Below, piece after piece: positions 8,923 to 17,430 of a stretch of DNA of 55,762 bases (within the stretch, counting starts at the first letter, position 1; each line of letters begins with the position of its first letter). Source of the stretch: a virus (Duplodnaviria; Caudoviricetes); the IMG/VR virus record IMGVR_UViG_3300012862_000041, positions 1 to 55,762 of that record, one strand, 5' to 3'. The notes beneath the pieces were generated by a model. The model was not told the DNA's origin. It saw nothing but the letters and a program-made list of their open reading frames with translations, and made no database searches. A program made the translations under genes and the position numbers.

Positions 8923-9408
8923 TCAAAGTGCCTGGTCAGGTTGCTGGGTTGATCCTTCTGTGGCTGTCGGCTCGTCTCCCGGCCATTCACCTGGCTGGAA
9001 TTTGATGTACAGGCCGCCGAGCTTGATCTCGTTGCCAGCAACGAACCCACGCACCTGGAGAAGACAGTCGTCTGTGATCTGGAATGGTGAGGCGTTCAAA
9101 TGAAAGTTCGCCGCCACCAAGCGGTCTCCATCGGCAGGCGGCAAATCGACCACTTCTAAATCGCCGGCGACGCGCACCAGTTCGGACGTTGTTTCACCAA
9201 CGTGCTGGAAGAGGGCAATCTCGACTGGCCCGCGCGCCATTGATGCAGGGACATGTAGGTGTGCAGCGATGCATAGTTTTGGCAGGGTCGCCGGCTTTGG
9301 CCCGAAAAGCAGCATCTCGGGGCCATAAATTCCCATGTAGCTAAGTTTGCCGCCTACTTCTTGCCGGACGTCGTCGCAAAACAGCGTTATTCCGTATGGA
9401 CTAGGCAT
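8923..9408 (-). CDS. DUF6941-like beta-rich protein
   Basis: LFCDDVRQEVGGKLSYMGIY N-terminal signature; start overlaps the antitoxin stop. Confidence 0.7.
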   Translation of the reverse strand: MPSPYGITLFCDDVRQEVGGKLSYMGIYGPEMLLFGPKPATLPKLCIAAHLHVPASMARGPVEIALFQHVGETTSELVRVAGDLEVVDLPPADGDRLVAANFHLNASPFQITDDCLLQVRGFVAGNEIKLGGLYIKFQPGEWPGDEPTATEGSTQQPDQAL

Positions 9409-9889
9409 ACTCGCGCGCCACTTGCACAGGAGCCACGCTTACCGGCACGGTCGACGCACGAGTAGACGTAACGTTTTGCGTCCCTCCGCCGCTGTTCACC
9501 ACAAATGTGAATTTGGGCGCCGTCTTGATATGTATGCTCTCTAGGCAACCAGTTAGCCAAATGGGCTCAACCATGTTGAGCTGTCTTTCCCGCATCGGCC
9601 AGTGGCGCTCAACCTTGGGACAACTTCCATCGATGGCGAACATCACTTCGCCCAGCGTTTCAACAGTAATGTTGCTGGACGTATTGATGATACGAGACAG
9701 GCGGGACCGGTCCATTCCGAGGCGCTTGGCAAGCTGAGACTTGGTAAGGCCGCTCTCGATGAAGGCCCCAAGGATCATCTGATGGATGCGGTCGCGCGCA
9801 AGACCGGCCATGTAAGAAAGATTGAAACGATCAATCTCCTCATCGCCGTGCGGTTCAGACAGCTTCGAAGCTTCCTGAAAGGTACGCAT
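9401..9889 (-). CDS. XRE-family HTH antitoxin with long C-terminal extension
   Basis: GLTKSQLAKRLGMDRSRLSRIINTSSNITVETL HTH followed by a ~65-aa tail. Confidence 0.75.
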   Translation of the reverse strand: MRTFQEASKLSEPHGDEEIDRFNLSYMAGLARDRIHQMILGAFIESGLTKSQLAKRLGMDRSRLSRIINTSSNITVETLGEVMFAIDGSCPKVERHWPMRERQLNMVEPIWLTGCLESIHIKTAPKFTFVVNSGGGTQNVTSTRASTVPVSVAPVQVAREYA

Positions 9890-10376
9890 TTATGTCCGCT
9901 CCTAACACTGGTTCGCAGCCCGGAAAAAGGCCGCCCCAAATTGAAGAATTATCTGCCACGGCCAAGGGGTAGGCGAGCCGTCCCTTTAGGTTGTCTCGTG
10001 ACATAACGCTGAGCGCGACAAAAACGTCGCGTTCAGCAAAACAGCCAAAAATTCGAACTTGTGGCTTGGGATCTCGGATACGGAATTCCCAAACCCCGTC
10101 TTCTTCCGGCGAGTTCCGTGTGATTTGACAATCTGCCGGGTGATTATGAGGGTTGAGTGAAACCACCATCCTGTTCCCCGCCGTGAAGGCGTCTAGCATG
10201 CGGCGGCCTTCTGCTGCCTTGTGCGCCAACTCCTTTGGCACGCCCGCAGTAACGAAGTCCCATACTTCTCCTGTCACAAACACATGACGTAACGCCGGCA
10301 CTCCGGGCAGCTTGTGAGGCAAGAGTGCAATTTCTCGCTTTTCAAGCGCCGCAGCTATGGCGTCACGAGTGGACAT
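9855..10376 (-). CDS. RelE/HigB-like toxin
   Basis: GVWEFRIRDPKPQVRIFGCFAERDVFVAL beta-strand core; directly upstream of and overlapping an XRE gene. Confidence 0.65.
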   Translation of the reverse strand: MSTRDAIAAALEKREIALLPHKLPGVPALRHVFVTGEVWDFVTAGVPKELAHKAAEGRRMLDAFTAGNRMVVSLNPHNHPADCQITRNSPEEDGVWEFRIRDPKPQVRIFGCFAERDVFVALSVMSRDNLKGRLAYPLAVADNSSIWGGLFPGCEPVLGADINAYLSGSFEAV

Positions 10377-10383
10377 ATATGTC
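10372..10383. promoter_or_regulatory. Perfect 12-bp palindrome GACATATATGTC over the toxin start (putative autorepression operator)
   Basis: Seen directly; a related GACATAAATG lies at the antitoxin start (~9887-9896, minus strand). Confidence 0.55.
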
Positions 10384-10464
10384 AACACCTACTGCCAGGC
10401 AAGTTAACGATTGGTAAACTTCGTTGCATCCTGGCCGAACCTTTCCTCCACCCGCCCAATACCC

Positions 10465-10929
10465 TCAAGCACCATATAGCTTGTCGCTTGCTTCGCAGCC
10501 CCAGCCGTCGCCGTCCGCATCGAGGCGATAGGGATCGTAACTGCCGACCCAGACGCGACCGTATTGCCAGCGAGGGCCATCGCCGCTTCCCCCATAGCAG
10601 TCAACGTCATCATTTGGAGGGGTATAGCCGCCGCCGGCACATCCATTGGAGCATGCGGCGGCAACCGCAACGCCAGTAGCAACAGCAGCAATGCCGACAA
10701 TCGCCGCGGTTTCTATGGCTACTTTGTTCTGGCATTCTTCTAGGGTCAGGCCGCGCTTCACCAGCTCAGCAGCAGCATCGCGCTGGAATGTTGCATCGGT
10801 GGTTTCAAGCAATGCGCGACAAAGGGCAGTGTCCTTTGGCTTGCTTGGGTCTTCGTAGAAATCTTTCGGCGGCGTAGCGCATGCGACAAGCGTCAGCGCA
10901 AGTATCGCAGACAAAGCAATCGGCTTCAT
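10465..10929 (-). CDS. Lipoprotein with C-terminal Excalibur-like Ca-binding motif
   Basis: Lipobox LVAC; DC...YDPYRLDADGDGWGCE. Confidence 0.75.
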   Translation of the reverse strand: MKPIALSAILALTLVACATPPKDFYEDPSKPKDTALCRALLETTDATFQRDAAAELVKRGLTLEECQNKVAIETAAIVGIAAVATGVAVAAACSNGCAGGGYTPPNDDVDCYGGSGDGPRWQYGRVWVGSYDPYRLDADGDGWGCEASDKLYGA

Positions 10930-11037
10930 TGAGAATCCCCCAACCCTCTGGAGGTCAATGAAGCCCTTATTACTTACTGAGTCTAGATTTTTTATCTGGG
11001 CGTCGAAATTGTTTGACTGCCGCTCCAGCCAGTGTCC

Positions 11038-11292
11038 TCACTGACCGCCCGGCCTCAGATGCTGCTCTATCAGTTCCCGCGCCATATCCATCACCTCACC
11101 ATAGCCGGGCACTGTGTCGGCGGTCGCCTGCTGCATCTCCAGCAACAGCAGTGCCTGCTCGTAGACCTCCACTGTCTCTTCGCCTGATAGGATGCCCTTG
11201 TCGTGCAGCGACTGCACCAGGGCTGCGAGGATCGCAGAGCTCGATAGCGTGACTGCGGCTACCATTGGCAGGGGATCATGTTCTTCGGTCAT
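11038..11292 (-). CDS. Hypothetical protein
   Basis: GGGG RBS; lies downstream of cI on the same strand. Confidence 0.6.
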   Translation of the reverse strand: MTEEHDPLPMVAAVTLSSSAILAALVQSLHDKGILSGEETVEVYEQALLLLEMQQATADTVPGYGEVMDMARELIEQHLRPGGQ

Positions 11293-11310
11293 TCTTTCCC
11301 CTGGGATCGC

Positions 11311-11496
11311 TTAGAACTTAATGGCTTCTTCATCGATCATCGTCGCCTCCACTTGATTCAGGAACCGCGACCACATGGGTCTGCCTTCGATCATGGCATC
11401 AGCGGGAATTTTGTATGCCTTGCATATATCGCGGCACGCTTGTTCTCGTGGGTCTTTGAGGTTGCGGGGAGCGGGGCCTTTGGTTCTGCGGATCAC
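11311..11496 (-). CDS. Small hypothetical protein
   Basis: GTGA overlap with the cI stop. Confidence 0.55.
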   Translation of the reverse strand: MIRRTKGPAPRNLKDPREQACRDICKAYKIPADAMIEGRPMWSRFLNQVEATMIDEEAIKF

Positions 11497-12179
11497 AGTG
11501 GAAGGTCGTTTCTAACGGATCGGACAAGCGCAATAATCTCTACGCTCACGCCGTCGTCTGCCTGCGCGTTTCTCTGCACCACGATTGGCTTGATGGACTT
11601 GTCCGAGGATCTCGGGTGAAACTCGATACGATCCTCATAAAGCTCGACCTGTTTCACCGACCATTCGCGGGTGTGGCCGCCATCTCGCGTGCGCTCGACC
11701 ACAACGACTAGGCCATCTTTCACGCGCACCTGGTCGGCCACATCCTCAAAGGCCACGCAGATCAAGCGATCCCCCGGCATGATAGGTCGGGGTTTCAACT
11801 CATTCATGGAAATGCCTTCGACATCCCATGCCATGCGACGGGCGTGCGGAAAAACCTCATCTGGCGCCTCCCAAACTCGCTCGGGCGCAGATTGGTCGAA
11901 ATCATCGAACTCGCGGAATACTCCTGCGGCCAGCGTACCGTTCACGATCACGGGCTGAAGCTGGCCCTGTAGAACGGGGCGGATCTCTGAGGATGGCGGG
12001 CTCTCACCGAAATACTCAGCGGCAATTGGGATTTCGTGCGTCTTCAGTCCCCGCTTGCCGTTGACCAGTTTGTTGATAGCCGAGGGGTGCACACCAAGCC
12101 GACGCGCCAGCTCACTTTGCGAGCGGCCAGGCTTCTTCAGGTTCTCAATTGCCCAATGGAGCAGGGGATCTTCGGTCAT
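11493..12179 (-). CDS. cI: CI-like repressor (XRE HTH + S24 autopeptidase)
   Basis: SQSELARRLGVHPSAINKLVNGKR HTH; LAAG cleavage site; VEGISM catalytic Ser and SVK catalytic Lys. Confidence 0.9.
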   Translation of the reverse strand: MTEDPLLHWAIENLKKPGRSQSELARRLGVHPSAINKLVNGKRGLKTHEIPIAAEYFGESPPSSEIRPVLQGQLQPVIVNGTLAAGVFREFDDFDQSAPERVWEAPDEVFPHARRMAWDVEGISMNELKPRPIMPGDRLICVAFEDVADQVRVKDGLVVVVERTRDGGHTREWSVKQVELYEDRIEFHPRSSDKSIKPIVVQRNAQADDGVSVEIIALVRSVRNDLPL

Positions 12180-12265
12180 ATGGATTTTTCGCACAGCCCC
12201 CAAACTTAGTCCTGTGCGATTATCGCTTAGAAATATCTTGACCAACTGTGCGAAAAGCGCATAGT
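12178..12265 (+). promoter_or_regulatory. OR operators (three) and pR promoter
   Basis: 19-mers at 12178-12196, 12212-12230 (CTGTGCGATTATCGCTTAG) and 12246-12264 (CTGTGCGAAAAGCGCATAG); TTGACC(12238)-16 nt-CATAGT(12260). Confidence 0.8.
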
Positions 12266-12272
12266 TGTGCCT

Positions 12273-12572
12273 ATGACCTGTGAACCAGCGACTTCGATCA
12301 TCAAGAAATTTGGCGGGCCTGATGTGGTTGCGACAATCGTTGAAGCCACTTCGGGGCAAGTGCGCCGTTGGCGCTACGAGAAGGAGCGGGGAGGGACAGG
12401 TGGTGCTGTGCCTCATTGGCACATCCCCAAATTGATGGAGGCCGCAAAGGCCCGTCGCATCAAGCTCAAAGCCGAAGACTTTCTGCCGAAGCTAACGCCA
12501 GAAAACTTTGATGCGCTTTGCGAGGCGCAAGGCCTTCGGATCACGGATTCCCCCTCCCAGGAGAACGCATAG
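12273..12572 (+). CDS. cro: Cro-like protein
   Basis: EPA.SIIKKFGG...VA......V.RW......GGTGG.VP pattern; divergent from cI. Confidence 0.8.
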   Translation: MTCEPATSIIKKFGGPDVVATIVEATSGQVRRWRYEKERGGTGGAVPHWHIPKLMEAAKARRIKLKAEDFLPKLTPENFDALCEAQGLRITDSPSQENA

Positions 12573-12574
12573 CC

Positions 12575-12808
12575 ATGGCCGAACGACCTAAGGACATTCC
12601 TGAGGCTTTGTGGGAAGCGTCAAGCACACTCGACCTTGCCGCTATGCCGGTAAGCTTTCGAGAGGTGGTGTGCCGTGCGCTTATTGCGGAGCGGGAGCGC
12701 TGCAAGAAGGCCTGCGACGATGAAGTCGAGCGGGCTCGCCAGTTCGGCCCCCACCACATTCCAATCATCACCAGCATCCGCGATGCCATCACCAAAGGGG
12801 AGGCTTGA
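12575..12808 (+). CDS. Hypothetical protein
   Basis: RALIAERERC motif common in phage early genes. Confidence 0.6.
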   Translation: MAERPKDIPEALWEASSTLDLAAMPVSFREVVCRALIAERERCKKACDDEVERARQFGPHHIPIITSIRDAITKGEA

Positions 12809-12811
12809 GCC

Positions 12812-13744
12812 ATGGCCGTAGAAGATTCCGTCGCACAAGATCAGCTCCGCGCTTTCATCGAACGCATTGAGCGGATGGAAGAGGAAAAGGCGGCGATTGC
12901 TGCCGACATCAAGGAAATCTATGCCGAAGCCAAGGGTAACGGCTTCGATACCAAAATCCTGCGCAAAATCGTGACCATCCGTAAGCAGGATGCCAATGAG
13001 CGCATGGAGCAGGAAGCGCTGCTTGAGCTCTATATGGATGCTCTCGGAATGCAGCAGGCGCACGACGCCGCCGTAACCGAACGCTTTCAGCGCGGCGTTG
13101 GCGGTCGATCCGCCCCGCTTGCCGCTGATCGCATCGAGAGCATTTCCGAACCAATCACCGAACAGCAGGTTGCCCCCCATCCTGCCAGCGACCTGACCGT
13201 TTCCCCCAAGCTCCCTCAAGGTCAGGTCGCACCCCATTCCGAACCTGCCCGCGAGGGTGGTAGCCAGAGCCAGGAAGCCGCTGGCACAGGCCGGGACGCT
13301 GCTGCGCCGTCCTCTGGTGAAGCGCAGCCGAAATATGCCGCTCCCGGCGAAGTCACCTTTGAAACCCATCCCCCTGAAGGCGTAGAGCGCGGCAGCGTGT
13401 CGATGGCCTTCGGCAACATGGGGCAAGACCCCAAGGCCATTCAGCACGATCTGGAAAAGGGCACGGCCCAGCCAATCGTCAAACAGGGCAAGGTCATTCT
13501 CGATGGATGGGCCCGGTTCATGACCGCGCGCAACATGGTCGAGCTCGACGGCCAGCCCATGGCTTATCCGGTTGTCCAGTATTCCGGCAGTGATCCCCTG
13601 ATCGATGCGATCCGCTGGAATGTGGAAGGGCGCACGCTCGACGATCACCAGAAGAAGCTGATCGCGGCGAACCTGACCCGGCAGAACCCAGCCCGCAAGG
13701 ACGACATCTATCGGGCGTTTGAAATCTTCCTGGAGCCAGTGTGA
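12812..13744 (+). CDS. GapR/DUF2312 domain fused to a ParB-N-like domain
   Basis: [47 protein letters not shown]...LYMDALGM; C-terminal [16 protein letters not shown]. Confidence 0.8.
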   Translation: MAVEDSVAQDQLRAFIERIERMEEEKAAIAADIKEIYAEAKGNGFDTKILRKIVTIRKQDANERMEQEALLELYMDALGMQQAHDAAVTERFQRGVGGRSAPLAADRIESISEPITEQQVAPHPASDLTVSPKLPQGQVAPHSEPAREGGSQSQEAAGTGRDAAAPSSGEAQPKYAAPGEVTFETHPPEGVERGSVSMAFGNMGQDPKAIQHDLEKGTAQPIVKQGKVILDGWARFMTARNMVELDGQPMAYPVVQYSGSDPLIDAIRWNVEGRTLDDHQKKLIAANLTRQNPARKDDIYRAFEIFLEPV

Positions 13745-14172
13745 TGAAACAGCGTCGCATAGGTGCATTCGATTTCGCCCCGGCTCTTTGGTCATTGGTT
13801 GGCTCTTTGGGCTTGCTGGCGTCCTGCGCGCTCGTAATGCGCATCGTGGGGGTGTGGTGATGTCACCCTCTCCCGCAATCAATCACAGCCAGGAACGGTC
13901 GCGCGCGCAAGATGCGCAGCCTTGGCTTTCTCATCGGGCGTTCTCCCGCGCCCGAGGGCGAGTGTCGCCTATTGCGATCCTCCTCCCCGCATACGGGGGC
14001 ACTCGCCAACTCATTCGAAGCGGCGGCCGCGCCAACGGCCTTCCGTTTCATGCTCTCGCGCATCAGCTGCCAGTGAAGCTCATCGCTGCTGCGCTCATCC
14101 ATCTTCGTCGTGCCCTTTCAACTTCGTCTTCGTGCTCTGGTTCAAGAAATGCCAGCAAGCGAGGACAAATAA

Positions 14173-14610
14173 TTGGGTATTTGGGACAAATCGGAGCCGC
14201 GTGAAGTGACCGCAGTTCTTGCCGATGACCTACGTGAGTTCGCGGGCCGGAAGTGGCCGACGATGAACCACAAGTGGCGCAAAGCGCGCCTGGCATCGCT
14301 GCTGGGCCTGTCCGAACGCCGGGTCAAATCCATTTACGAGGCCGAACAGACAGCCCGTCTGCGTGCCGATGAGAAAGCCAAAATCACAGCCCTGATCGGG
14401 CGAAAGGAGGAGGCCGATGCCCACGAGCAAGCAGATCGGGCCTTGGCGGAGCGCCTTGCTGAACTGGAGGCACAGGTTGCCTTCCTGGTCGAGGCGTTGG
14501 CTTGCGAAGCGTTGGCTGCGGAAGGCAGAGCGGCAGGCGGAGCAGTGCGGCCGCACTCTCGCCAAAGCTCAAGCGCTGCGCGTGGCAGCGAGGCTCATTC
14601 AGGAGGATGA
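14173..14610 (+). CDS. Putative DNA-binding regulator (CII-position)
   Basis: ARLASLLGLSERRVKSIYEAE HTH-like segment; GAGG RBS. Confidence 0.5.
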   Translation: MGIWDKSEPREVTAVLADDLREFAGRKWPTMNHKWRKARLASLLGLSERRVKSIYEAEQTARLRADEKAKITALIGRKEEADAHEQADRALAERLAELEAQVAFLVEALACEALAAEGRAAGGAVRPHSRQSSSAARGSEAHSGG

Positions 14611-14613
14611 GGA

Positions 14614-14814
14614 GTGAGCAGCACGGTTTTCAGCAAGCTCAGCCAGTGTGACGGGAAGCATCCCTATCCGAGCTTTTTGAAGGCCAAGCAGGCGAAGCCT
14701 CGATACCTCGACATTTACCACTGCCCGCACTGCGGACAATTCCACCTAGGAAACAAGCCGAAGGGGCAGGGGCGTCCTAAGCCTCCTCCGCCGGCGATCG
14801 AATTGGAGTTCTGA
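14614..14814 (+). CDS. Small zinc-finger protein
   Basis: C.GK..Y.S...A...Y.CP.CG.FHL motif. Confidence 0.6.
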   Translation: MSSTVFSKLSQCDGKHPYPSFLKAKQAKPRYLDIYHCPHCGQFHLGNKPKGQGRPKPPPPAIELEF

Positions 14815-14817
14815 TCG

Positions 14818-15048
14818 ATGCTTCGTTCAATGCCCAAAACTCGGCAGCAGATCCGCAAAGAGGAAGAGGTAGCAGCATCATTGCGCGCCGGCCTCCGGGC
14901 GAAGGGTGTCACGCGGCATTCTCAGCGTGAAAAGCTCGTGCGGAAGGCTGCATCATCTCGTCCGGCAGATATAGCCGAGCGTGCCCGTCAATCACTGGAA
15001 GATCGTCGAGCCATTGCCATGGTCGAGCGGCTGGGTGGTGGGGAATGA
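14818..15048 (+). CDS. Hypothetical basic protein
   Basis: ATGA overlap with the methyltransferase gene. Confidence 0.5.
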   Translation: MLRSMPKTRQQIRKEEEVAASLRAGLRAKGVTRHSQREKLVRKAASSRPADIAERARQSLEDRRAIAMVERLGGGE

Positions 15049-15719
15049 CCGCTGCTTCGGCGCGCGGCCTTTTCCGCGCCACCGGCAAGAAGTCGAAGCC
15101 CGTCCCACAGCTACTCGATGGCGAGTGGTCGAAGGTCGACGCGCTCGAGCGTGAGAAGGATGATTTCTATCCGACTCCCCCGGAGCCGACCCGCGCTTTG
15201 CTTCACGCAGAGTTGCCGCGGCTGCTCGACTTTGCAGGGGTATGGGAGCCGGCTGCCGGCGACGGCGCCATGGTCCGCGAGATGCAGGCCCTCGGCTTGG
15301 AAGTCTGGGCATCCGATCTTGTCGACCGTGGTGCTGGCGCTGACATCGCCGACTTCTATTCATTCGATATTCCGCCACGCCCGGCGATTGTCACCAACCC
15401 ACCGTTCTCAGAATGTGGCTGGGGTAATGGCAAGGCACGCTGGCTGAAGCATGCCCTCGACAATCTCGATGTCGAATACATGGCGCTGCTGATGAACTGG
15501 GGATGGCCCGGTGCTGGTGGTCTTGGCCCATTCTATGCCGCCCATCCGCCAGCCCGCGTCTACCTCATGCGCTGGAAGATCGACTTCACCGGTCAAGGCT
15601 CCCCACCCATGCTCAATGCCTGGTTCGTGTGGGACAAGCTGCACAAGGGCGAAACCGTCCTGCGGATGCTTGATCGCAAAGACGCCCGGCAGAGTGAACT
15701 GTTCGAGGTCGCGCAATGA
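15045..15719 (+). CDS. Orphan amino-(N6-adenine-type) DNA methyltransferase
   Basis: DFYPTP, WEPAAGDG (SAM motif I), IVTNPPF (motif IV). Confidence 0.8.
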   Translation: MTAASARGLFRATGKKSKPVPQLLDGEWSKVDALEREKDDFYPTPPEPTRALLHAELPRLLDFAGVWEPAAGDGAMVREMQALGLEVWASDLVDRGAGADIADFYSFDIPPRPAIVTNPPFSECGWGNGKARWLKHALDNLDVEYMALLMNWGWPGAGGLGPFYAAHPPARVYLMRWKIDFTGQGSPPMLNAWFVWDKLHKGETVLRMLDRKDARQSELFEVAQ

Positions 15720-16576
15720 CCGTCTCCTACATCAACCTCATGAAGGCCCAGCAGAAGCGTCACGACATGCCGAGCTATGTCAGTGTGCCTGTTCAGTCGC
15801 GCGATCAGATGATTGCGGCTGGCCGGGCTGCTCGGGCTCGCCTGATGGGGCGGCAGTCGCCGAAGCGGGTCATCACCCTGCCTGAGCCGGACAATGTTCC
15901 TGAAGCCATCCCTGAGGTCGAGAAGCCCGAGCAGGGTGCGTCAGAGCATTATGCCCCGCTCAACATGCTCACGATGGCCAGTTGTCGGTTTCTGACCTCT
16001 GTGGTGGCACTTCAAACTGGGGTGCCAGAGGGGGCATTACTCGGCCCTGCCAAGCTGCGCCATGTCGTCGAAGCCAGAGACAAGCTGATCAAGCTCATAT
16101 TCGAGCATACCCAGCATAGTCTTCCAATGATCGGCAAGGCGGTGCATCGGGATCATACGACCGTGCTGCACTCGCTGCGCAAGTCTGGTTGCTATTACCG
16201 GTTGGCTGACATTGCCCCCACGACCGATCCGCGCAGCCGTGGTTCTATCACCAACACCAGCAAGCGCGATGTCATGTCGATTGAGCCTTCCCCGGCGTTC
16301 CGATCCACTTCGTTGCCCATGGCCGAAGAGATCATCGATCAGGTCTGCGAAAAGCACGGTTTTACGCCAGAGGACCTCAAGAGCAGCAGGCGTGGCCGAA
16401 CGCTGGGGCATGCCCGGCAGGAGGCCATCTATCGCATCTTCAAGGAAACCAAGCTGTCTCACCCAGAGATAGGTCGGATCATGGGCCACCGTGAGCATTC
16501 TGTGGTCCCGTATTCGGTTAAGGCGCATGAGGCGCGGATGGCAGGCAATAAGTATCTGCGGAGGCGCACGGCATGA
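15716..16576 (+). CDS. Protein with two DnaA C-terminal (domain IV)-like HTH domains
   Basis: SLPMIGKAVHRDHTTVLHSLRK and LSHPEIGRIMGHREHSVVPYSVK. Confidence 0.8.
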   Translation: MTVSYINLMKAQQKRHDMPSYVSVPVQSRDQMIAAGRAARARLMGRQSPKRVITLPEPDNVPEAIPEVEKPEQGASEHYAPLNMLTMASCRFLTSVVALQTGVPEGALLGPAKLRHVVEARDKLIKLIFEHTQHSLPMIGKAVHRDHTTVLHSLRKSGCYYRLADIAPTTDPRSRGSITNTSKRDVMSIEPSPAFRSTSLPMAEEIIDQVCEKHGFTPEDLKSSRRGRTLGHARQEAIYRIFKETKLSHPEIGRIMGHREHSVVPYSVKAHEARMAGNKYLRRRTA

Positions 16577-17430
16577 GCGGGCCTCGCTACAGCATTGTTC
16601 CGGCCGACTGCCTAGATGATCCGCGCTTCAAGGATGTGCACATGCGCGTCCTGTTGAAGCTGGGCAGCCACACTAACAATCGCGGCTGGTGCGAGGTCAA
16701 CCAGAAGAAGCTTGGCGAGGCTATTGGCAAGACGCGCGAGACGGTCAATCGCGCCATCCGTGACCTCTGCGAAATGGGCTACGTCAGCAAGCGCGAGCAG
16801 CGCACGAAGGCCAACGGACGCACCATCAGCCAGTACCGCGTGTTGATGGATCGTCCTGACCCGACACCAGATATAGCCCCCCCTGTGACGCAAATCTCAC
16901 AAGGGGCTGTGACACCTGAAGATCACAACCCCTGTGACGAAGCTACGTCACAACATAACGACCTTTCTTCCAACGACCATCCTTCGCTTCGCTCGGATGC
17001 CGAGCGCGTGTCGTTTGATGAAGTTTGGGATGAATTCCCACAGCGCCCGGGTGCGAACCGGACCGAGGCGAGGCGTGAATTCGCCCGTCTGAGCGACGAT
17101 GAGGCGCGCCGGTGCCTGATCGCCGCCAAGCGGTTTGCCCAGTGGCACATCGAGGATGCCGAGGCCCGCAAGATCGATCCCGATGCCCAACTCCAGTTTC
17201 GTCCCGGCATGGGCAAGTGGATCCGCACCGGCGCTTGGGTCGACGCTCTTCACATCAGCCTGAAATCAGACCCGGTGCCGCCGGCAGCCAATGGCCTGAT
17301 CGTTCTCAAGCCTGACCATCCGGACTTCGTTGCGGTCGAGAAGATGCGCGGGCGCCCGGTCATCGTCGGCAAGTCCGGCACATCAACATTCCGCATCGAA
17401 GAAATCGAACAAGCGAGGGCAGCATCGTGA
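16573..17430 (+). CDS. Phage replication initiator (O-like, N-terminal wHTH)
   Basis: NQKKLGEAIGKTRETVNRAIRDLCEMGYV; central iterons; C-terminal FDEVWDEFP.R. Confidence 0.8.
   Translation: MSGPRYSIVPADCLDDPRFKDVHMRVLLKLGSHTNNRGWCEVNQKKLGEAIGKTRETVNRAIRDLCEMGYVSKREQRTKANGRTISQYRVLMDRPDPTPDIAPPVTQISQGAVTPEDHNPCDEATSQHNDLSSNDHPSLRSDAERVSFDEVWDEFPQRPGANRTEARREFARLSDDEARRCLIAAKRFAQWHIEDAEARKIDPDAQLQFRPGMGKWIRTGAWVDALHISLKSDPVPPAANGLIVLKPDHPDFVAVEKMRGRPVIVGKSGTSTFRIEEIEQARAAS
16883..16953 (+). repeat. Three iterons CTGTGAC-Nn-TCACAA (putative origin of replication)
   Basis: Copies at 16883-16902, 16907-16928 and 16932-16953, inside the initiator linker. Confidence 0.7.

Noticed and set aside
12620-13882. 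420-aa minus-strand ORF and other long antisense ORFs (e.g. 21779-22483, 22738-23550, 34038-34892, 37471-38568, 40286-41101, 48839-49705, 54548-55309)
   Set aside because: Shadows of well-supported genes on the opposite strand in GC-rich DNA; no motifs or RBS
13860-14172. Possible gene or ncRNA between the GapR fusion and the 14173 gene
   Set aside because: Several competing low-quality ORFs on both strands and no recognisable structure
16883-16953. CRP/FNR sites or mini-CRISPR
   Set aside because: Spacers are 8-10 nt rather than 6, units are too short, and no cas genes are present; iterons explain them
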